A DNA stretch of 64,000 nt from Nageia nagi. Its lineage: Eukaryota; Plantae; Pinophyta. A program made the position numbers and the translations under genes. The stretch spans positions 202,616,001 to 202,680,000 of the forward strand of contig JBITNC010000001.1 of assembly GCA_050084985.1 (NCBI GenBank), given 5' to 3'. Below, one piece after another: positions 52,817 through 64,000 of this stretch (its first letter is position 1; every line of letters starts with the position of its first letter). The notes below the pieces were generated by a model, which was given only the letters and a program-made list of their open reading frames with translations, was not told where the DNA came from and did no database searches.

Positions 52817-54229
52817 CTGTAAATATGCAGTAAACCATTATTATCAAAATCCAGAAGACTAACAACCCTTTCACTTGGCCACTACCAGCAAGCAAAACAG
52901 ATTTAATTAACAAAATAAAAATGAAAGAGGTCGATGAGTAATACACCCATACGATTCTATATTAGAAAAATTGTAGTCGACCGCTTGGGACAATAGATTA
53001 TGATTATTACAATAAATAACAGAAATAATACAGATTATTCCTTACATTGTCCACATAGATTTATTTATAGTTCATGGTACAAAAGTGAGCTAAATATTAA
53101 AATTCGTGATGGAATTTCATAGCTTCTATCTTGAAACTCTTGATATTTTCTTGTAACGTAGAACTTTATTAAAGTTTTTTTTTTCTCAATCTTAGTTATC
53201 AGACGCAAAGGGATAAGCAAATACCAATTGGTATCAAATATAGACATCAAACTGTACAGAGTGCATCCAAGTTTGACTACCACAATAAGATCTGGCAATA
53301 AGGATCTTATACTCTGGCTCAATGGTGTGAGCTTTTTTATTTTCAATCAACTTTCCACTAGGTACATGAAATATAAGATCGTGTAATTATTTGTATCTAT
53401 CAAACAAGCAACAGAAAAAACAATGCATGCAATATATTTCTTAAAAACTCGAGGAAACTTCAAGAACTATTTGGCAAATGCTGGTGGAAGAATGTGGTAG
53501 GAATCCATTATAAAGGGAATCCTTTCCAGTCTTATCTGACTATTCAAGAATCAATTATGTCCTTACTACTGAAATATTCCACTCAAGGACTGATTGTGAT
53601 TTTGGCCACCAAAAAGGTACTAAATTATATTATAGAGATGTTTTTTCAGGGTTTTCCCATCTCCTGGCTGCTGGCCAAATTTTGAAAAAAAACTATATAT
53701 GAAAAAAACAGAGAAAATGAAAGTGGAGAAAAAGGAGTTGCACACAGGTGGTGGATCAGCAAAGTGGGTAATTTCCATGGTGGAGGTCCAAGTTCAAAGC
53801 CCAATATCCTTCCTATGGTTTAATGATTCTACATTACTAGTGTAGGCGCAGGTAGCAACAATGGAGTTTAAGTACTCTTTAACGAAATTATAAAAAAAAA
53901 GGCCTTAAAATATCAAAAAAAGAAAGTGGAGAAAAAGAGAAACAGGTAAAAAGAATAGCTTAAAAGATGAATTTAAAAAAAAAAAAAAACTCCTGTTTTA
54001 AAAAGAAAAGGTTAAAAGAATTAAAATAAACAAAATTATATAAAAAAGATCCTCCAAGCTTGGCACTTCAGACTTCCCACCATATCGACCAACTGCTTCA
54101 GAGTGTTTACAAATAGCAACCACTTACATCACTTATTTCCTAACCACTTGGATGAAAATAATAATGACATTGATAATATGATATTGAAAAAAATGAAAAA
54201 GAAGAGAAAAGAAAGAAATAATGTCCTAA

Positions 54230-55873
54230 CAACCCTCTTCCCCTCATGATAGCTCCTCTTCTTCCAGCAAACTCTTTATCAGAGGTCCAAGACACCATCT
54301 ATAGGTCTTTTATTCGTATCACTTGGGTCTCACCCCCTCTGCCACTATTGCCAAAGTTGGCACACTATGCACAGCAATATCTGCATATCGACAATGGCTT
54401 GATCCTCCCACAAGGCTACTTCAGTTTACATCTTCCTCCTGGTTTGAAGATATTCTTAGGACATTTTCAGGTTTGTTCCCATCAGCTAAGGATTGATATG
54501 GACCACCATCTAGTCCGTGATTTACATGTTTCTCGCCCTTGCTCTTGAGACCAAGTCTAAGGACCACTTCATTTTTCGGTACTCAATCTACTATGAGATC
54601 CAAGGTTGGTACCATTGCCTCTTTCAAGACTCCCATGGATCGTTGTCTACTTTTCTTGAATATCTTGATCAACGATGTTTGGCTCTTTATCTTCATGATA
54701 CCTTCCTTATGCGGAAGCATCTTCTCTCTCGTGCTCAGTAGCCAATAGGAGATCGCCACATTACGTCTTTTTTTTAGCTTCTTCTACAAATGAGACTTGT
54801 AGACGACCACGAGACAAGCGCTCACTCCCCACATGTTGTACCAGGAGACGTTTTCTTTACACTCAAGCTCTGTTTAGGACACACCAGATCTCCTCTTCCT
54901 TCCCTTCCAATAGCAAGGCTTCAAGCATGACCCCTACAGATGAGCAAGATCTCTCCCCAGTGCAAAGAGAACCCATAGGCTTGAAATATCCCCTAATTAA
55001 AATTTACAAACCCTAAATGAAATATTATAAATTTAGCTAGTAAAAAATTCTGATCTTTGCAAATAATAATCAGATCTAAAAACATTACAGAAAAACTAAC
55101 ACAACAAACGCCAAAGTGACAGATCTGGCCACACAAATTTATTTAAAAAATATAATGAAAGTGCCAAATGATGGATCAGCCCAAATATGTAGTGAATCAA
55201 CCTCCAAACAACATCAAAATGGTGCCCTAGGTTGGGCGTCATCCCTCCTCTATGAAGCAAATCACACCACAAACACTACAAAATCCACTCCAAAACATTC
55301 CACAAAATTTTCCAAATTTGGGCAACCTTCTTGGAGGGTAAATCTGATATGGAAACAAGTAAATATGGCCCCCTAAATTGGGCGAGCCACTCCTTAAGCT
55401 CTGATGCAAACTAAATTGCTGAAATTTGAAGCTCAAGTGTAGATCCTGAAGTAGATCCACCAATTCCCAATCAGGACCAATGGTGCATCTCCTCAGCTGC
55501 AAGATTGACTACTTCCGAAGAGCAAGGGCACATCACCTTGTCATTGTAGAAGTTGGGTAAGGGTTCAACCCTCAACCTCAAAATGACAATAATAAATAAC
55601 ATAAAGATCCCCAAATGGAGTGCCCCTAGCATATAATACATAGCCATTCTAATTTCTCATTATGTGGCCCCCACAATTTAAAGCCACATAATGTTATCTC
55701 CTAACATATCCCATAACATTATATTTTTAATACTAAAAACACTCCTAACGCTACAAAAAGAGATGTCCCACTTCTTAGCCCATATTGACCTTTTAACTTA
55801 GTGAATTTTGACATGATACAACATTACAATTAGTGGGGCCCACACGGTCTTCAAAAAAAAATGGAACATTGCA
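54230..55873 (-). mobile_element. Probable 5' part of an LTR retrotransposon (LTR ~55412-55873, degenerate PBS, leader/gag remnant)
   Basis: Minus-strand start TGCAATGTTCC at 55873; PBS-like gctctgatgcaa at 55398-55409 (2 mismatches to the iMet PBS). Confidence 0.4.
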
Positions 55874-57214
55874 ATCCTCCCTGAAGAGACCTAAGATGGC
55901 CCTTTCTTGACCATCCCTTTGTATATCTCTCCCTTTTTAGAGATTGTTTTTTATTGTACGGATTTATTTATTCTTGCGCTATTTTCTTTATGCTTTTCTT
56001 AGATTGGATCCATTCGAAGTTACATTGGTTCCTAACACATGATTGTATCTAGTAGGCCCATTAACCGCTTTTGGTCACCTATGAAGATTAATATACTTTC
56101 TTTCTTCCTTTCTTTCTAGTTGCACCCTCTCTTCTCTCCTTTACAACACATGCTCCACTACCAACTCCAACTATTTGTTATTTATTCTTTTTCTTTAAAT
56201 AAAAGAAGCACAAAGAGCACACCAAATCTATCACATTCCTTTTCTATCCTCCCTTGGTCCACTCTCTACACTGTAGACAAACTACAGTCTAATTTTCTGA
56301 TGCTTCTTGTTTCTTTATTAACCCATAACCTATCATTTTCTGTACAGCCCATTTTTCATTCCTCCAGCAGGTCATTTTCCTCTCTTTATCTAGATTTCGT
56401 ATGCATCTCTCCACGTTTATTTGCCCAAAGATGAAATATTTTCATGTGATTGCCTTTTCACTCAGTTTCCAATTCACATTTTAACTTAGTTGATGTCTGT
56501 AGTTAACGATATAATAATCAAATAAGGGAAGATAATTCAACTTTCTATAACAAAAATACTGAAAAAGTTCACAAATTGTCTATTGTAGGCTCATGAACAA
56601 GGAAATCCTTCCACAGGTGCTTCAACTTTTCCAAGCAATCAAGAGACACAAGAGTTAAAAATACATCTATGTTCATTCAAAATACTTAAAAAAGTACTTG
56701 TACTAAAGGGATTTACGTAATGAGCCTTAAACAATATTTAAATTTCATATTGTACTTAGATAAGGGAAGGGTATTTTAATACTCGTTTTTAGATAAGAAA
56801 AAGTGCAAATCATTATATAATATAGCTGAAAACTAGTCTGAAAATAATATACTAAACCACACTAAAAACATTGTACAGTAATTCAATTCTAGCCCACTCT
56901 TTATGGGCAGCAGAAAAGACAAGAACATACAACAAGGTTTGGTGGAGAGCTTTCAAAGCAAACTAGGATGGTGGGAGGGCAGATGACTCACAAGATGCAA
57001 CTCAACCAAAGTATTTGAGAGGTTTCAATACACAATCATTATCTCCTAATGACATCTCCTTTAAATATAAACATGTCTTGAAAATTCACAACCTTGGCAT
57101 CAAGGGCTTTCTAAATTTATTGCAGCTCGCTCTTTCCTATGCAATATTCAAGAGTTCACTAATCCAAAATGTATCAATTTATAAATGTAATGATAAATAA
57201 CCTCAATGTGCTTA

Positions 57215-58450
57215 GCTTGAGCGTGAGAAACAGGGATTTAGGCCATAGTCTTTAGTCGTCACAATGTATGACAATGTGTTTTTGCAGCAAACAAAATATC
57301 TTTTGCACCTACAAATCCAAACTACTACTTGTGCAACATTAACAACGCCTCTATGCTGGATCCCAAGCTGCCGCAGTACACATTGGCGATGGTAGGGCTC
57401 CACTACCTTCCTCCGTGTCTAGAGGAAACACTCCTGATGCACCCATGCTAGTTGATGCGCGTGGGGGTACCTGTCATCTCCTCGCCTTTAGCGAGTGGGC
57501 TACCTGTATCCTCCACTCCTAGAGGTCCAGCAAACCAAGGCAATGTCCCCCGAGTCCTCCCTGGCCTGCTGTAGTCCCATCGGTCGTGTAATGGCTACGT
57601 GCTCATAAACCCATATCTGTAGTAATCCTGCATGGGCGATCGTCATGTTGAACTTGTCAATGCTGACAAAGTTGTACAAGTCCATGTACAACTGAGCTAG
57701 AACTTGGGGTCCTCACACAAACTATGCTCCCCTCTCGCAAATGAGCCTCACAACCCAAACCAATCCTAGTGGGAAGGCCAAGCTACTCTTGTCTAGGCAC
57801 AAGTAAGTAGCTATGCTTGCAGCTACATATAGCAACAAATGTCGTCTCGTTGGGGCAAACTAGCATACTTCAGCTAGCCTCGCTGAGCGGTGCTCCCAAT
57901 CGTGGTCTTCTTCCCCAATCAACCATAGTGCCTCTTGTTCCCGGACATTGTTGTCTAGAAGCTCTCTCTGATGTACAAGAGTTCCCTTGATGGGAATCCC
58001 CCATATGCAGTAGACATCAAGTAGTGTGAAATGAACAACAATCAAGGTCCCATCTCTCCGCCAATGCTATCAGTAGTGGCAAATCCTGCTGCACGTGCCC
58101 AGCAATGGCTAGATCTGCTAGCCCGCATCTTGATAAGATATCATCGATGTGGTTGGTTCTAGGCCAACCCCTCACCTTCTCTAAGGCGAATGTGGTCATT
58201 AGTCCTCCCCGGATGAGAACCTTGCGTTCCTACAAGGGAATAAAAGAAAAATAAAATGGTAAATTGCTTAGCTATAATAAAATATTGAATTCTCAAACTT
58301 AAACAACATAAAAATGTGAATTATCAAAGAAAAATATAAAACAAGAATACTTACTGCAAACTCATATGGAAGAGAGTGGAGATACTTCGCTATGTGGCCC
58401 TTCCAGCCAGTAATGGGGCGTCCAAGTGCCCTCCATGCCTCGTCCGCCAT
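57215..58450 (-). pseudogene. Plant mobile domain (PMD, MAIN/MAIL-like) gene remnant with one intron (58230-58354)
   Basis: LLIALAERWD..CSFH, TLLDVYCIWGIPIKG, LLQIWVYEH, EPYHRQCVLRQLGIQ are PMD signatures; frameshifts present; GCA|gtaagt...ttgtag|GAA intron is in frame. Confidence 0.85.
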
Positions 58451-61127
58451 TTAGAAAACCAAAACGATGTACAAAATAGTGAAAGGCAAGTGTATGCGGC
58501 AACGACCAAGGAAAAACAATGTCCGGCAAGATAAATGACGTCCAAGCCAAGTCAATCAACCTCGAACTTGATCATGCGCAGCTAGAAGATGAGTCAACGC
58601 GCGGGCAAGACTTCGCCAGGTAGGTTGGAAGTCAAAGCGCCAAGTAAACCAAAGCAAAAAGTCAAAATGACACTTTTCAACTACAATTTTATGATATAAT
58701 TTCTCAATTGTAAAGAAACCCTAGGGCTTCATCGCTGTCCCATATAGATGCCCTAATTCATTATGTTACATATTCATGGTGCATAAAATTATTTTAAATG
58801 ATTGACATCTCTTTTTCAAAAACTTGTACTACTATTTTCACGATGCCAGAGGCATCCATTTCCTTGATTTATGTGTCCATTCAGGGGCTAATAACCTATA
58901 ATGATTTATACGTGCATTTAAATTTGTTACCGATTGTGTATGATTGAAATTTTAAAATTTATGTTATTTAAAATTATATATAGAACTTATATGACACAAA
59001 CGGCGTGGAATTGGCTAAATTAGAAAAAATTGTAAACACGTTTTCTCAATTTGTGTTGACATACATATTATTGAATGATAAGTGCACTTATAATGTTGAT
59101 ATACATGATTAATTTTTATTGGCAAAATGTTATTATATTTAAATTGCATTTCAAATTTATATCTTCAAATTTATCTATTGAATGCATTCCTTTGGCAATT
59201 GAATATCCTTGTTTCAACATCAATTGAAAATACTACTAATTCTGGAAAAAGTTATATTGGCATGAATTTTGCAAAATTTGTGATCTATTAAATAATTGTA
59301 AAGTTTTCATAATGCCTCTAATTTATAGCAATGGTTATAGGAATGTTACATAGCTTACAAATGCAAATTGCAAATATGCACAAATGTTGCTATCAAATGA
59401 TTTCTCTGAAATTTCTATGATCAATTGGATTGTTCTTTTCTTCATGAATGAAAACAATGTGCTATAGATGGTTTTTAATTGAATATCTTCCAAATTTCTA
59501 CACTTGAAATAGAAAATCTCACACCACCTATGATGTGCAATGGCTATAAATCCTTTGGTATTGGGGCATGTTATTTTATTGAATATTTCCCCATTTACAT
59601 GGTTTCTTCATACATATGAGTTGCTTTACAGCTAAGGATCAATATTTTTGAAAACATTATCGTTCAATTCTAGGCATCCCACGACGGTCACGACATGGAA
59701 TTACATTGAATATGCATGCAAATTGAAATATTACAATGCATGGCCAAAGAATAATTGAATATATGGTGTAACGATAAAAATGTAATATACTGCTTTATTG
59801 AAATACTGACATTGTTTTAGAGCCATGGTCTTCCCATGAGCAAATATGATATTGATATAGGACATCACCATCGTGAGTCATTGAATGGATATTTATGGAC
59901 TATGAGTTGTCTATCGTAGTAGTCTATAAATTATGGATATTGTAAACATGGGGCATTACAAAGAACCCATGCATTTGATCTTCATAGACTATGAGTTGTC
60001 TATCGCATAAGTCTATGTATAATTGTTTATATGTCACTATGAGTCGCATCGGCCATAGTCATATATTGTATATTATATTTATTTCATCCTTGTTATTTAT
60101 ATTGTTTATTCTTAAGATGGATGTGATCTATGCAGGTATACGTTGTTTTGTTCTACAAGTATTGTCCGAGTGTGTAGGGGTTGACATCAACCACTCACCT
60201 CATAGAGGGACTCCTATTTTGGCTTGATCACTTGACATAGCAAGAGCTAGAGGCAACCAAGACCAAAAGGGGGCAAGCAACATACCATACTTGACATATC
60301 AATCAAAACAGGAAAATCCACTTTACTATTGAAAATCTTTTTCTCTTCTCTAAACTTCGTTGGATTATGCAATTTCAATGTTTTTTCATTACATATTCAA
60401 AGAGGGGCAAAATGTAGACACCTAAAAATGATTTATTATTTATTTTATAAATCATATTTAGCACATTAATTGATTAAAAAGCAATAATGAATAAATCAAG
60501 ATAAAATGCTATTATATTGCAAATATCATGTGCTAGGGCCAATGTGATATCATAATGTGGTTTATATTCTAAGTTATATTGACTATTGAAATGATTATTG
60601 TTATTGCTATGTGTTGACTTTCACCCCTTTCTATTTCGTTCCAGGTTATAAATACTGGAGGTAAAGGTTGACATCACTATCGGAACTCTCTGATAGGTGG
60701 TTGTCCCAAACATTGTACCAATGGTGTCTCTTGACGCCACCTATCTTTGAGAACTTGTTAACTCTCTAAGCTCTGTAATCTCTCTCTTGCGCACAACACG
60801 AAACGGCCTTTCCTACAGCGTGCGACTCATACTGCGCCAGCAATGTGCACCTTCTAAATCAGGAGGTCCAGACTTCGGAGGTATCACTCTAGCGAATATC
60901 TGTTGCGAGATCATCTAAAATCCTATCACGATCCTTTGAATGTTCATTGTTGTCTATTGTTGAGGATTGTACACATACTAGCTGCAAGCCCCACTCTGTA
61001 TCAGGTTTTTATATGTTTCATGTATATTGCTTGTAATCAGATATAGACATGTTATTCATTGTATTCGTAGATCACATTTATATTTATTTGTGTATTTATT
61101 TATTATTTACATATTTTTGGGTCTACA
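57215..61127 (+). mobile_element. 3' portion of a Tat/Ogre-like gypsy element: antisense PMD gene, PPT and 3' LTR (60413-61127)
   Basis: PPT aaagaggggcaaaa directly before TGTAGACACC...GGGTCTACA (inverted termini TGTAGAC/GTCTACA); TATA gttataaata near 60645; left end not found. Confidence 0.7.
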
Positions 61128-62011
61128 AGACTACTCGTTTTAGTTTTTGTTCTTTGTTATTTGACACATTCATGTCAAAGACTATGTAGTTGGCAAATTC
61201 AAACTTGATGGCATTGATTTTTGGTTTTATCATGATGATTTTAATCTTTAGATTATCGTATGTATCGATTTGATATTTTAATTTGAATAATTTCATATTG
61301 TTATGATAGTAATGAATCAATGGTACAGATATTTAAGTTGATTTTCAAATTATGTTACATGTTTGAATTGGTCCTCAGATGAATCATGAATGTCAAGGAT
61401 GAATGAAACATTGAAACTATATTTATTTTTCATAAATATGGAAATTTCTAAAAAATTTAATACTATTGTTCTTGGCATCCCCAGCCATTTACTAAAATCG
61501 GCTTGTCATCTATAAAACCCGTTCGCTAGTCCATGACAACCTTGTTTATGGCTAAATTTTGGACAATTTGATATTAGAACAAAGCTAGTATCATACACAG
61601 AAAATAAATAAGGACTAACAATCGAAGTGGGATTAATAAATCCATCAATTTAGGATAAAAATGACCCAAACGTTACCCAAGGACATCCCTTTAAATTACT
61701 TGCTTACAAATTTACAATTAAATACAAACTATTGTTTGAATGAGCAATTGACCCAACAATTTATAGCACAAAACATATAAAATATTTCATTGAATTGAGA
61801 AACAATCACGGAATTTGACCAATGCCTCCAATGGGCACTCAGCATTAAATTTTAAACAAATGATTCAAAAACAGAATTAGAATGAAACAAATGGGTGGGC
61901 TTCCACAAGATGAAATAATCTAACTATAGAAATCCGTTTCCAGCAAAGAATCAATTTCTAGCTACTGGAAATAATCACAGCACGAGAAATGAAACACAAA
62001 AATGACACAAA

Positions 62012-64000
62012 TGTGAACCAAGGCCAACAATAGTTGATTTTATTAATATTGCTCAAAAGAAATTACAACAATAAAGTCTAAGAACCAAGGAAATTATCTC
62101 AAGGCCAACAGCTTTACTGAATCAAAAAACAGACTATTCTCCTTTTCACACAACGGATCCAAAATTATTTGAGTTTCATGAAGACCATGTAACAAAACTG
62201 CATAACAAAGAAAAGGATGATATTAGAGGAAACAAGAACACAACGGAAATATACTCAGAACTCCGAATGACACTTGAACAGAATGCAAGACTGATTGAAT
62301 TCATTCTTCAACTTGCTACCAATTCTCATTTTATAGTTGAGTGATAACTTGTAAAATTGGTCATGAATGGACTCCTATTCACATTTCCTAGCTATCTTTT
62401 GCTACATCATGCCTTTTGTCATACAACAGATACACCTACCTTTAACTGTTGGTAATCTTTATCGGGAAGCTTGCATATGAAGCAAGCTAACCACTTTTTG
62501 AATTTACATCATCTCAATTGAATTACAATTTTTGCTTGCCGCATCAGACTCATAGTTAGAATTCTGAACTGCTTAGTCTATCAAACTCTACTCTTCAAGT
62601 CATTCTAAAGACTAATATCACTCAAATCAGCCAAACTAAATGAACAATATTTACTGAACCAAATTTTCTACTTGCCAAGCTTAATCATTCTTTCTTCCGT
62701 ATTTTCCAACACTACATAGTTTCTTTTTGCTTTCTGACTTCAATCTTTCACCATCTAGTCTTTAACTTGCAAATTCTGAACATTCTGCTACCTTCTGATA
62801 TTCCCAATCATCAGTTTCCTATAATTAAACCATTTCTGGACTTTTCTGAGAATTTTGGACATCAAAATTCAAAATTCCGAAAGTTTCAGCCATGAAAACA
62901 TGAAACTTATGTTATTTTCATCTTTATCAGATATTTCTATAAGTCCAAATCATCTTTCTTTGATAAAATCTCCGGACTGAAACCGATCAACGTCGCTTTG
63001 CGACCTTTTCAGACTTTCAAACTCTTGCTTGCCACTTGTAAAACTTTCGAAACATTTTGAGCTTTGAACGCTGAATTCCCACCAATGCCTCTGGTCATAA
63101 CCTTATATCAGAGAGGCGGAACTCCAGGAAAGGAATGTTGATGTGTAACCTTTGAAAAATCTGGTCTTCCAGCAAAGTATATAGTTTAAGGTTTTCAATT
63201 AGTCGTTCCAAGTGGAAAAATGTAATATCTGCGTGGACCATTCACTGATCATTTCGCTTTCCATGTTACCAACTCCTCATGGTAAGACAGACTTAATGAA
63301 ATCTGAATGGTGCTTGACAACTCTTGGAAAACTAAACCATAAGTATGGAAATATTGTTTCCAAATGCCCGTAATCATCATTGTGATTCCATATCCTAATT
63401 GGTATCTTTGAATATTTGGGAGGTTGTCACCACGAAGTGGCAACAGCTCTCGGATCTTTTCATTGTCATTTGTTGTCAAGTTCTATTATTCTAATTTTTG
63501 GATTTTGGCACATGCACATGGTGTTTTGTTAACAACTGTTCTGTTATGTTGCTTGAGCTGCTATTAGCCCTTGCTATTGCATTATCAAGTGTGAAATGCG
63601 CATGTACTTTCCATTATTATACTAGTTGAATCATAACAAAAGGATGCTAAGTTCATATCATTTCCAAACACGCTCAAGATTTCAGCAGCTGTATTTTCAT
63701 GCTGAATAGCTTATGGTGCAACCTTAATGCTCTTCTAGTGTATTTCTTGGTATATGTTCTACAAATGTGCCTATTGGAAATGTGTGAAGACATCTAGTTT
63801 AATTCTAATACTGCACTAATTGATGTTATTTGGCTAAAACAAAAAGGAATTAGGCAAAACCCTAGAAATAGAACTTATCTACTATGTAATTGACATCAAA
63901 GCACTCATACACTACAAGTCTGTCAAGTACTAATAAGAAATCTTGCCAAGTCAATCAAGGCGTGTACTGGCATTCAACATACAATTTTTTGAGGTTGACC
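62012..64000 (-). mobile_element. Possible LTR-element remnant running off the window
   Basis: LTR-like start tgtgaacc at 62012, minus-strand TATA-like ctataaaa near 62330, degenerate unidentified ORF at 63100-63500. Confidence 0.3.

Noticed and set aside
52817-64000. Next upstream KAPP exon (expected DGHGG motif)
   Set aside because: No such exon recognised by eye; it probably lies beyond the window

Overview
AT-rich plant nuclear DNA; the intron sizes and repeat types suggest a large gymnosperm/conifer-type genome (inference). The only host gene is the 3' half of a KAPP-like PP2C phosphatase on the minus strand. It has six exons (52681-52816, 23844-23938, 1947-2062, 1722-1851, 1550-1604, 1021-1215) with canonical GT-AG sites and consistent phases. 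Three introns are tiny (95, 117, 334 bp); the others are 21.8 kb, 28.7 kb and more than 11 kb. The giant introns are filled with nested transposon debris, many pieces bounded by readable target-site duplications (TSDs): a deleted Ty3/gypsy chromovirus, its solo LTR and a non-autonomous derivative, Tat/Ogre-like remnants (one with an intron-containing antisense PMD gene), a Copia 5' end, hAT and LINE fragments, and tandem arrays. Two observations stand out. (1) Three separate TSD-flanked, A-tailed L1-derived elements encode only ORF1 (half-L1-like). (2) Two long TG...CA elements with 5-bp TSDs lack gag/pol and paired LTRs, but carry a homologous ~1000-codon degenerate ORF and end in a GGGG+palindrome terminus. 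All analysis was done by eye without database searches; boundaries lacking a TSD are approximate.
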